This document shows positions 55,827 through 62,725 of a stretch of DNA of 64,000 nt, piece after piece; the first letter of the stretch is position 1; every line of letters begins with the position of its first letter. The notes under the pieces are model-generated. The model ran no database searches. It had not been told where the DNA came from and worked only from the letters and a program-made list of their open reading frames with translations. The position numbers and the translations under genes are program-made. The stretch comes from a virus. The stretch spans positions 1 through 64,000 of IMG/VR virus record IMGVR_UViG_3300048917_000027, one strand, 5' to 3'.

Positions 55827-56309
55827 ATGATTGTTGCGGGAACAGGTCACAGAGAATTGAGGGACCGCGACTGGATTGCTGCGCAAACTGAAAGGGCCCT
55901 CATTGATTTGGGGGCCTCTTTGGTTTATGTCGGCATGGCGTCTGGTTTCGACCTGCTATTGGCTAAAACAGCTTGGGGTCTGGGTATCCCATTCATTGCT
56001 ACAAAGCCCTGGAAGGGTCACAAGCCTCGTAACGCTGACGTATACGACTATGGCAGAGCACTTCAGTTGGCAGAGGATGTTGTTGACGTAACAGACTTCA
56101 GCGACTATCCTGGTGCATGGGTATATGATGTTCGCAACCGATACATGGTTGACAAGGCAGACCATGTTCTTGGCCTGCTGGAACCAGGAAAAAGGGGCGG
56201 CACGTATAATTGCCTCACCTATGCAATGAATGAACTGAAGCCAATCAGTATCATCGACCCTTTGATGAAGGAGGTCAGATATGGCTGGTCCGAAACTGTA
56301 TCAGAGTAA
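55827..56309 (+). CDS. DUF1273 / YpsA-type SLOG-fold protein
   Basis: The pattern GTGHRE...GMASGFDLLLAKTAW...VRNRYMVDKADHVLGLLEPGKRGGTYNCL matches GHR...GxAxGxD...RNxxMVDxxD...GGT. Confidence 0.65.
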   Translation: MIVAGTGHRELRDRDWIAAQTERALIDLGASLVYVGMASGFDLLLAKTAWGLGIPFIATKPWKGHKPRNADVYDYGRALQLAEDVVDVTDFSDYPGAWVYDVRNRYMVDKADHVLGLLEPGKRGGTYNCLTYAMNELKPISIIDPLMKEVRYGWSETVSE

Positions 56310-56436
56310 GGCTTGGCTGCAAGAGAAGTACAGAACGATGAACGCAGCTCAAATCGCAGCTCTTTGCGGTGTCACTGAGATGACGATTACTCGTTATCTT
56401 GAGAAGCACGGCATCGTTCGTAGACGTAGCCGCTAG
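56281..56436 (+). CDS. small HTH protein (51 aa, below track cutoff)
   Basis: ATG 56281 lies 6 nt after AAGGAGG. The translation is MAGPKLYQSKAWLQEKYRTMNAAQIAALCGVTEMTITRYLEKHGIVRRRSR. Confidence 0.55.
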   Translation: MAGPKLYQSKAWLQEKYRTMNAAQIAALCGVTEMTITRYLEKHGIVRRRSR

Positions 56437-56449
56437 TCTGTGCTATGCT
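56421..56449 (+). promoter_or_regulatory. promoter TAGACG-17-TGcTATGCT, -10 placed 6 nt before ATG 56456
   Basis: The sequence reads TGCTATGCT-gcgtct-ATG. Confidence 0.4.
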
Positions 56450-56455
56450 GCGTCT

Positions 56456-57073
56456 ATGATAAAAATTGGCATGATGGGTGCTCATGGGACAGGGAAGACT
56501 TCAATGGCTCAGGCCATGCTGGACGGACCGTTTAGTAGTTTTTCCCTGGTCCCATCAACGGCCCGGCAGATAAAAGCATATGGCTATCCAATCAACAGAG
56601 AAGCCACAGAACTAAGTCAGATTCTCGTTCCACTGCTTCGTATGGTAGATGAAGCAGAAGCCTTTACAAATCAGCACAATCGAATGTACAAGCAGGGACT
56701 TATTTCAGACCGAACTCTCGTTGATTCTCTTGCCTACACAATGTATCAGAATTTGCATGTGTGGGAAAGCGGAGACCTCATCGAGAATGTGACAATGCGT
56801 CTTGCTCAGATGCACATCAATACGTACAATGTTCTTTTGTATTTCCCAATCTACTGGGACAATGTAGATGATGGAGTACGAGACCCTGACGAGCAATACC
56901 GTCGAGACATCGACAATAACATCAAAACAATTCTGGAGCTTCTTGGCATCAACTATTACACAGTTCCCAATGTCACTCCAGAGATAAGGGCAGACTGGTT
57001 GGTTCAGAGAATTTACCGAGCAGACGAAGAAAATGCCCAGCGCTGGATGGAAGTCTTCCAGGGCATGCTATAA
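56456..57073 (+). CDS. P-loop ATPase/kinase of the NadR C-terminal (AAA_28) type
   Basis: MIKIGMMGAHGTGKTSMAQ carries Walker A. Also LISDRTLVDSLAY and YWDNVDDGVRDPDEQYRRDID. Start is ATG 56456. Confidence 0.7.
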   Translation: MIKIGMMGAHGTGKTSMAQAMLDGPFSSFSLVPSTARQIKAYGYPINREATELSQILVPLLRMVDEAEAFTNQHNRMYKQGLISDRTLVDSLAYTMYQNLHVWESGDLIENVTMRLAQMHINTYNVLLYFPIYWDNVDDGVRDPDEQYRRDIDNNIKTILELLGINYYTVPNVTPEIRADWLVQRIYRADEENAQRWMEVFQGML

Positions 57074-57074
57074 T
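57066..57074 (+). promoter_or_regulatory. extended -10 TGCTATAAT
   Basis: Lies upstream of 57098, which has a GTGAGGAG RBS. Confidence 0.4.
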
Positions 57075-57097
57075 TATCTTGAAAGTGAGGAGATATA

Positions 57098-57427
57098 ATG
57101 GGAACACCGACACGCCGTCGTCGAGGCGAAAAGAATCCTGATGCCTGGTGGCAAGGAGCCTATGCCGGAATCCCACACATCATCGCTTCATATGAATTTG
57201 AGATTGACGGAGACAGCATTCTTCCCAAGTCACTCATCAAGTTCAAGAATACGCGAGGTTCATTCAAGTTCCGATGTGTGGCTACAAATGTAAAGACTGG
57301 CAAGACCTGGATTGACTGTATCAATGCAGACACAGGTGAATGGAAGTCTTTCTATGTGGAAAAGCTGAAGGGACTTGTAAAGCCAAGGCGTCCACGTAGA
57401 AGGAGAGCAGTTGCCCAAAGAGCTTGA
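57098..57427 (+). CDS. basic hypothetical protein upstream of terminase
   Basis: Arg-rich termini (TRRRRGEK, KPRRPRRRRA). Confidence 0.55.
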   Translation: MGTPTRRRRGEKNPDAWWQGAYAGIPHIIASYEFEIDGDSILPKSLIKFKNTRGSFKFRCVATNVKTGKTWIDCINADTGEWKSFYVEKLKGLVKPRRPRRRRAVAQRA

Positions 57428-57935
57428 TACGCTGGACCATATTGAAGACCTCAATAAGGTTGTAACAGCGCACCTAAAGGGCGACAATGCTACTGCCATT
57501 GCCCGGAATACGGGAATGAAGCGCGCTCAGGTGCTCGAATACATTGAAGAGTGGAAGGCGCTCGCTCAGAACAATAAGACAATCCAGGCCAGGGCCTCTG
57601 AAGCTCTTACAGGCATGGATGAGCATTACTCCATGATTATCAGAGAACTCTGGGGAGTCCTAGAGGAAGCTGATATGAACAACGACCTCAAGACCAAGAC
57701 ATCTGTCCTGAACAGTCTTGCGAGCGTTGAAGGAAAGCGAGTTGACCTTTTGCAGAAGGCTGGTCTGTTGGACAATCAGCAGATTGGCGATGAGGTCATC
57801 GAGATGGAGCGTAAGCATCAAGTCTTGATTGAAATTCTGCGCGAAGTGACTTCAGAGTGTCCTCACTGTAAGGTTGAGGTAGCAAGAAGGCTCAGCAGAG
57901 TAACCGGCCAGACAGAAACCATTGTCGTTAAATGA
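57411..57935 (+). CDS. terminase small subunit (putative)
   Basis: N-terminal HTH (GDNATAIARNTGMKRAQVLEYI) plus a coiled coil. Lies directly before the large terminase gene. TTG start with AAGGAG upstream. Confidence 0.6.
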   Translation: MPKELDTLDHIEDLNKVVTAHLKGDNATAIARNTGMKRAQVLEYIEEWKALAQNNKTIQARASEALTGMDEHYSMIIRELWGVLEEADMNNDLKTKTSVLNSLASVEGKRVDLLQKAGLLDNQQIGDEVIEMERKHQVLIEILREVTSECPHCKVEVARRLSRVTGQTETIVVK

Positions 57936-57937
57936 TT

Positions 57938-57977
57938 AAATCCCTTCATGATATACTTTATATCAATGAAGGGATTT
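57938..57977 (+). promoter_or_regulatory. long hairpin between terS and terL that sequesters the terL RBS
   Basis: AAATCCCTTCAT (57938-57949) pairs with ATGAAGGGATTT (57966-57977). An inner stem GATAT/ATATC also forms. It is followed by AGTTTTG and then TTG 57982. Confidence 0.5.
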
Positions 57978-57981
57978 AGTT

Positions 57982-59802
57982 TTGTCTAGTGATTTCGCTG
58001 AGTTCTTCAATGCATTGTCAGACGACGACTTTGAAGAGATACCAGTCGATATTGAAGTCTTCACTCAAAGTGAAGACTATCTTGGCATGCCGCATTTGTC
58101 TGAGTATCAGTACCAGCTTATCCGGGCATCAAGTCAAATTTATAAGCACAGCACATTGCACAATCTGTACGATGCAGAAAAGGCGGAAAAGAGATGGAAG
58201 GAGACATGTAACGAAGTCATTGCATGTCTTGGCAAGGGTAGCGGTAAAGACTTTACGTCAACCATTGCATGTAGCTATATCGTCTATCTGCTGCTGTGTC
58301 TGCGTAATCCTGCAAAATACTTTGGAAAGCCCAATGGAGACTCCATTGATATTCTGAACATCGCTGTCAATGCAGCACAAGCCAACAACGTCTTCTTCAA
58401 GGGCTTCAAGAGCAGGATTGAAGAGTCACCATGGTTTGTAGGAAAGTTCACCACGAAGGCAGGTCACATTGCTTTCGACAAAAACATCAACGTCTACTCA
58501 GGCCACTCAGAGCGAGAGGCTTGGGAGGGCTACAACCTTATCTACTGCGTGCTTGACGAGATTTCTGGTTTTGCGCTAGACTCCACATCAGGCAACGAAC
58601 AGGCCAAGACGGCTGACGCAGTCTACAAGATGTATCGAGCATCAGTTGACTCCCGATTCCCGACAGAAGGCAAGCTAGTTCTTCTGTCATTCCCTCGATT
58701 CAAGAACGACTTTATCTCTCAGAGATATGAGGCCGTTGTTGCTGAGAAGGATATTGTAGAACGCACTCATGTATTCAAGTTGGACCCTGACCTACCGGAC
58801 GAGGTTGAAGAAAACAAGTTTTCAATCCGGTGGGAAGAGGACCACATTATTTCCTATAATGTGCCCAGAGTCTTTGCTCTGAAGCGTCCTACCTGGGAAG
58901 TCAACCCAACTCGTAAGATTGAAGACTTTACCACTGCATTCTTTACAGACCCAATCGATGCACTCTCCCGATTTGCCTGTATGCCACCTGACGCTATTGA
59001 CGCATTCTTCAAGGACCGTGAGAAGGTGGAAGCTGTTTTTGTCAGACCTAACGGTGTTGATGAGGATGGTGCATATCGGGCAGACTTTACACCGAAGGAA
59101 GGTGTGCGCTACTATGTACACGTAGACCTTGCGCAGAAGCACGACCACTGTGCTGTAGCACTTGCGCATGTTGAAAAATTTGTACAGAAAAAGATTGGTG
59201 GTCAGATTAATGAGGTGCTTCCTTATGTAATCGTTGATGCCGTCCGCTGGTGGACACCAAAGCCCGGCAAGGACATTGACTTTGCCGATGTAAGAGACTA
59301 TATTACAGGACTGAAGAGAAGAGGTTTCGACCTAAAGCTCGTTACCTTTGACCGTTGGAATTCCAACGACCAAATCAAGTACCTTCGTGGTGCTGGAATC
59401 AATTCTGAAATTCTGTCTGTTGCAAAGAAACACTATGAAGACTTGAGCTGGGTTGTCTATGACCAGAGAATTCTAGGTCCAGACATCCCACTGCTCAGGA
59501 AAGAACTGTTGCAGCTACGTATCACTCCAAGCGACAAGATTGACCACCCTAGAACAGGGTCCAAGGACTTGGCTGATGCTACGTGTGGCGCAGTTCACAA
59601 TGCAATCACTTACACTCCACGTGATGACTTTGGTACCATTGAGGTACAGACTTACGAGTCTATCAGGCGCATAGAAGTTGAGATGGAGCGTCAAGCACTT
59701 GACAGTGCGCGTGAACGTGATAATGTGATTGAAGCGCCTCGTGAACAGCGAGCGATGCCAGATGACATTGCTGACTATCTCACGAGACTTGAAATTCTAT
59801 GA
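57982..59802 (+). CDS. terminase large subunit
   Basis: ATPase Walker A-like CLGKGSGKDF and Walker B IYCVLDE. A C-terminal RNaseH-like nuclease region contains VHVDLAQKHDHCA and DLADA. 606 aa. Confidence 0.88.
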   Translation: MSSDFAEFFNALSDDDFEEIPVDIEVFTQSEDYLGMPHLSEYQYQLIRASSQIYKHSTLHNLYDAEKAEKRWKETCNEVIACLGKGSGKDFTSTIACSYIVYLLLCLRNPAKYFGKPNGDSIDILNIAVNAAQANNVFFKGFKSRIEESPWFVGKFTTKAGHIAFDKNINVYSGHSEREAWEGYNLIYCVLDEISGFALDSTSGNEQAKTADAVYKMYRASVDSRFPTEGKLVLLSFPRFKNDFISQRYEAVVAEKDIVERTHVFKLDPDLPDEVEENKFSIRWEEDHIISYNVPRVFALKRPTWEVNPTRKIEDFTTAFFTDPIDALSRFACMPPDAIDAFFKDREKVEAVFVRPNGVDEDGAYRADFTPKEGVRYYVHVDLAQKHDHCAVALAHVEKFVQKKIGGQINEVLPYVIVDAVRWWTPKPGKDIDFADVRDYITGLKRRGFDLKLVTFDRWNSNDQIKYLRGAGINSEILSVAKKHYEDLSWVVYDQRILGPDIPLLRKELLQLRITPSDKIDHPRTGSKDLADATCGAVHNAITYTPRDDFGTIEVQTYESIRRIEVEMERQALDSARERDNVIEAPREQRAMPDDIADYLTRLEIL

Positions 59803-59815
59803 CCGGAGGTATGCC

Positions 59816-60352
59816 ATGCCTAATTTACAGCGTAAGCCAAAGGGAATCTCACGAGCTGAGATTAACCAACTGCTGGCAGAGCGCGATGGCTACAAGTGTC
59901 AGTTCCCAGGCTGTGACCTTCCTTTTGTGAAGGATAACGGACCTACCATCGACCACTGGATTCCTTTGAGCGGTGGAGGTACATGGGATTTCGATAACTT
60001 GAAGCTGATGCACAAGAAGTGTAACTCTGCAAAGGGTGACAGGATGCCGTTTGACGACGGCACGCTTCCTGTGATACCAAAGAAGGAGAGGGTCAGCCGA
60101 GCTATCAAGCGAAGCGAGCGCCCCGAAGTCTGTGAGCGTTGCCAGTCTGGCAGGATGCTCGGACCAGACGAGGAGTGTGACCAATGTGGTAGCGGACCAA
60201 TGCCGCCACGTTACCCTCAATGGGCTAAGATGAAGCCGAACGATTGTACGCACGAAGGCATCTGGTGGTGCTGGTGCTGCATGAGCGGTGTAGTTGACAG
60301 AGTCCCTGCCAGTAGGATAGTGTTTGATGGAGGAGAGCCGGGGATAGATTAA
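59816..60352 (+). CDS. HNH endonuclease with C-terminal Cys-rich extension
   Basis: CQFPGCDL...IDHWIPLSGGG...NLKLMHKKCNSAKG. ATG 59816 lies 6 nt after GGAGG. Confidence 0.8.
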   Translation: MPNLQRKPKGISRAEINQLLAERDGYKCQFPGCDLPFVKDNGPTIDHWIPLSGGGTWDFDNLKLMHKKCNSAKGDRMPFDDGTLPVIPKKERVSRAIKRSERPEVCERCQSGRMLGPDEECDQCGSGPMPPRYPQWAKMKPNDCTHEGIWWCWCCMSGVVDRVPASRIVFDGGEPGID

Positions 60353-60378
60353 TCCCCGGCACTTCAAAAAGGAGAATA

Positions 60379-60981
60379 ATGACTGACGTAGATGTTGTAT
60401 TGATTGTTGACCGTTCTGGCTCTATGATAACTATTCAGCAAGAGGCAGAGGGTGCAGTCAATGCATTCCTTGAAGGACAGAAGTCCGTAGAGGGAGATGT
60501 CTTTGTCACTCATGTTCAGTTTGACCACGAATACGAAACAGTATTCGAAAAGGTAAATCTGCCCAACGTACCGAAGGTACGTATCATGCCTCGTGGCATG
60601 ACAGCTTTGCTTGACGCAATCGGAAACACTGTAGTAAACTACACTCCAAGGACTGACAAGACCATCTACGTCATCATGACTGATGGTCTTGAGAATCGCT
60701 CCGAGGAATGGACAGTTGAAGCAGTCAAGAATCTGATTGCTGAGTCTACCGAACATGGTGACGAATTTGTTTACCTCGGTGCCAACCAGAACGCGATTGC
60801 CGAGGGTGCTAAGATGGGAATTCCTATGGCATCCAGTATCACCTTTGCTGCCAACAAGAAGGGTGTTGACAACGCAGTTCGAAGTATGGCAAGCTATGTA
60901 ACAGCAAGCCGCTCAGGACTCGCATACGAGTTCACTGACGAGGACCGTGAGAACGCTACGGGCTTGACAGACAGCGAGTGA
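60379..60981 (+). CDS. von Willebrand factor A domain protein
   Basis: MIDAS motif VVLIVDRSGSM, plus TALLDAIG and VIMTDGLEN. Confidence 0.8.
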   Translation: MTDVDVVLIVDRSGSMITIQQEAEGAVNAFLEGQKSVEGDVFVTHVQFDHEYETVFEKVNLPNVPKVRIMPRGMTALLDAIGNTVVNYTPRTDKTIYVIMTDGLENRSEEWTVEAVKNLIAESTEHGDEFVYLGANQNAIAEGAKMGIPMASSITFAANKKGVDNAVRSMASYVTASRSGLAYEFTDEDRENATGLTDSE

Positions 60982-61084
60982 GCTGATAAAGTATTAAATG
61001 TGGGTCGAAGAGTAAATCGGTTATCTAACCACTAATATAGAAGCTCGTAAAGGGCACCCGATTCTCACACCTTATCCACACTCT

Positions 61085-61121
61085 GCATCGGTAGTTTAAT
61101 GGTAGAACGAGAGACTTCCAA
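61085..61121 (+). pseudogene. truncated tRNA-Gly(UCC): 5' half only, ending at the anticodon loop
   Basis: GCATCGG-TA-GTTT-AATGGTA-GAAC-G-AGAGA-CTTCCAA gives acceptor, D arm, anticodon 5' stem and loop. No matching 3' stem, T arm or CCGATGC strand was found downstream. Confidence 0.5.
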
Positions 61122-61141
61122 TCAAATTTGCAATTGGAAGT
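61114..61141 (+). other. 9-bp hairpin built from the anticodon-loop remnant
   Basis: ACTTCCAAT (61114-61122) pairs with ATTGGAAGT (61133-61141). Confidence 0.5.
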
Positions 61142-61156
61142 TAATGGCACTATAAT
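61128..61156 (+). promoter_or_regulatory. promoter TTGCAA-17-TATAAT, -10 placed 6 nt before ATG 61163
   Basis: The sequence reads TATAAT-gtgcct-ATG. Confidence 0.5.
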
Positions 61157-61162
61157 GTGCCT

Positions 61163-61603
61163 ATGAAGAAATGTACTAAGTGTGGCGAAACTAAGCCACT
61201 AGACGAGTTCTACAAGAAGTCATCCTCAAAGGATGGCAAGATGCCTAACTGTGTATCCTGTCAAAAGGATTACAAGCAGACGCACTACAAGAACAACAGT
61301 GCGAAGGTATATGATAAGGTTAAGGAACGTAGACACGAGCTTAGAGATAAGCTGTGGGCCTACAAGCAAGGCAAGAAATGTGCGGACTGTCCAGAGACAA
61401 ACCCGATTGTATTCGAGTTTGACCACCTGGGCGATAAGGAACACAATGTCTCAAAGATGGTTCTCGATGGAAGAAGTTGGGAATCCATTCTGAAAGAGAT
61501 TAATAAGTGCGAGATTGTCTGCGCAAACTGTCATAGAATCAGGACTCACACCAGAGGTGGATGGGTAAGAAACATCACCATTAAGGTTGAGCCTATGCTA
61601 TGA
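61163..61603 (+). CDS. HNH endonuclease
   Basis: CTKCGETKPLDEF...CVSC...EFDHLGDKEH...CANCHRIRTH is a zinc-ribbon plus HNH core. Confidence 0.8.
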   Translation: MKKCTKCGETKPLDEFYKKSSSKDGKMPNCVSCQKDYKQTHYKNNSAKVYDKVKERRHELRDKLWAYKQGKKCADCPETNPIVFEFDHLGDKEHNVSKMVLDGRSWESILKEINKCEIVCANCHRIRTHTRGGWVRNITIKVEPML

Positions 61604-61610
61604 TTTAAAT

Positions 61611-61681
61611 GCACCGGTAGTGTAGTGGCAACACGCTATCCTTCCAAGTTAGAATTGCGGGTTCGATTCCCGCTCGGTGCT
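61611..61681 (+). tRNA. tRNA-Gly(UCC): tRNA-Gly (anticodon UCC)
   Basis: Manual cloverleaf: GCACCGG/TCGGTGC acceptor, GTGT/ACAC D stem, loop CTTCCAA, T arm GCGGG-TTCGATT-CCCGC, discriminator U. Confidence 0.85.
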
Positions 61682-61773
61682 CGCAAGCCGTAGAAATACG
61701 TGATAGCCTACGCGTGGGCTTCTGCATCTCAGCCTAGATGTGCTCCTGACAGTGAGTCCAGGATGGCCTTATT

Positions 61774-61845
61774 TCCCTTTGGTGTAACCGGCAGCACAAC
61801 AGACTCTGAATCTGTTAGTCCTAGTTCGAATCTAGGTTGGGAAGC
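61774..61845 (+). tRNA. tRNA-Gln(CUG): tRNA-Gln (anticodon CUG)
   Basis: ACAGA-CTCTGAA-TCTGT anticodon arm and CCTAG-TTCGAAT-CTAGG T arm. U1:A72 and G73 fit Gln identity. The acceptor stem has two U-U mismatches at 6:67 and 7:66. Confidence 0.6.
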
Positions 61846-61847
61846 TG

Positions 61848-61985
61848 GTCCGACTTCGTGATATGGTGGAAAATAACTGATTCGGAACTCACATAATAAC
61901 CATGGTAAAAGTGAGGAAAGAGGATGTGACGATAAGCTGAAGCTTACTCAAAATGATTCTTCGGATGAAAGATGTACTCGGACCG
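61848..61985 (+). ncRNA. candidate structured RNA domain in the Gln-Trp spacer
   Basis: GGTCCGA (61848-61854) pairs with TCGGACC (61979-61985), closing about 138 nt. No ORF longer than 12 aa and no tRNA features. Confidence 0.25.
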
Positions 61986-62067
61986 ACAACGTGAAGGTGA
62001 GCAGGTGCATACTAGTTAGCATAATCGTACCCCCTGCATAAAAAATAGGAACGTAAACAACCTTCAT

Positions 62068-62096
62068 TTACTTAGCATCAGTTGCATGCTATGCTC
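62068..62096 (+). promoter_or_regulatory. promoter TTTACT-17-TGcTATGCT upstream of tRNA-Trp
   Basis: Read directly. Confidence 0.4.
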
Positions 62097-62099
62097 TAA

Positions 62100-62141
62100 G
62101 AATGTGTGAACCCTGGAAACTCGCCTACGAGACACATTCTG
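62100..62141. promoter_or_regulatory. 9-bp inverted repeat AGAATGTGT-N24-ACACATTCT
   Basis: Arms at 62100-62108 and 62133-62141, immediately downstream of the -10. Confidence 0.4.
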
Positions 62142-62174
62142 AAAAGCAATAGGGGTCACGCCCAAGCAACTCTT

Positions 62175-62245
62175 ATGTCCTAAGTGTTACGGTAGCACGG
62201 AAGGCTCCAACCCTTCAAGCGTGGGTTCGACTCCTACAGGACATG
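62175..62245 (+). tRNA. tRNA-Trp(CCA): tRNA-Trp (anticodon CCA)
   Basis: ATGTCCT/AGGACAT acceptor, GAAGG-CTCCAAC-CCTTC anticodon arm, GTGGG-TTCGACT-CCTAC T arm. A1:U72 and G73. Confidence 0.8.
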
Positions 62246-62303
62246 CTTGACAGCAGGTTCCATCACCTGCTAGAGTAAAGTACAACGCAGCGAAAGCTGC
62301 TAT

Positions 62304-62375
62304 CAGGCTCGGGGAAGATGGTAATCCGTTGGCTTTGGAAGCCTAAGAAACTCGGTTCGATTCCGAGGGGCCTGA
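62304..62375 (+). tRNA. tRNA-Pro(UGG): tRNA-Pro (anticodon UGG), non-canonical copy
   Basis: CAGGCTC/GGGCCTG acceptor with C1:G72 and A73. Loop TTTGGAA with A37. The anticodon stem has one U-U mismatch and the D stem has 3 bp. T arm is CTCGG-TTCGATT-CCGAG. Confidence 0.6.
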
Positions 62376-62447
62376 CTTAGGGACAGATGAACATAGCTGG
62401 TGGATGCCAGTGAAAATCCCCCTCTCTTCTAGAGGTGTTCATCATAT

Positions 62448-62522
62448 CGGGATATAGCTCAGCTTGGTCAGAGCGCGCGGTTTGGGGCCGTGAAGTCGTC
62501 AGTTCGAATCTGACTATCCCGA
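62448..62522 (+). tRNA. tRNA-Pro(UGG): tRNA-Pro (anticodon UGG), canonical copy
   Basis: CGGGATA/TATCCCG acceptor, GCTC/GAGC D stem, CGCGG-TTTGGGG-CCGTG anticodon arm with G37, GTCAG-TTCGAAT-CTGAC T arm, A73. Confidence 0.85.
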
Positions 62523-62710
62523 CAATTTGGGTCGATTGAGATACGGTTATCATTCAATGGAAATGCGACGTAAAAACTCGCTAATGAACAGTCATCCGAG
62601 ATGCGTGTGGTAGGATGGCATTGGAACAACACGCTCTCCGTTCTCGCCACTTACCTAAAGGATTTACATTATGAAGGTACTTCTAAGGACAATCCACGGA
62701 AGCCACTGTA

Positions 62711-62719
62711 TGGTATGAT
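62711..62719 (+). promoter_or_regulatory. extended -10 TGGTATGAT placed 6 nt before ATG 62726
   Basis: The sequence reads TGGTATGAT-ggtagt-ATG. Confidence 0.4.
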
Positions 62720-62725
62720 GGTAGT

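Noticed and set aside
59849-60367. 172-aa antisense ORF over the post-terminase HNH gene
   Set aside because: The sense strand has a clear HNH motif and a GGAGG-N6-ATG start.
61085-61681. Group I intron or split tRNA, with the HNH gene as an intron ORF inside tRNA-Gly
   Set aside because: The 5' half would need a downstream TCTCT anticodon 3' stem, a T arm and a CCGATGC acceptor strand. I found none anywhere downstream in the window. The downstream tRNA-Gly is a complete, different gene.
61940-61975. Hammerhead-like motif (TGATTC-TTCG-GATGAAAG)
   Set aside because: The CUGAUGA core is not present (AUGAUUC instead) and stem II would have only 2 bp.
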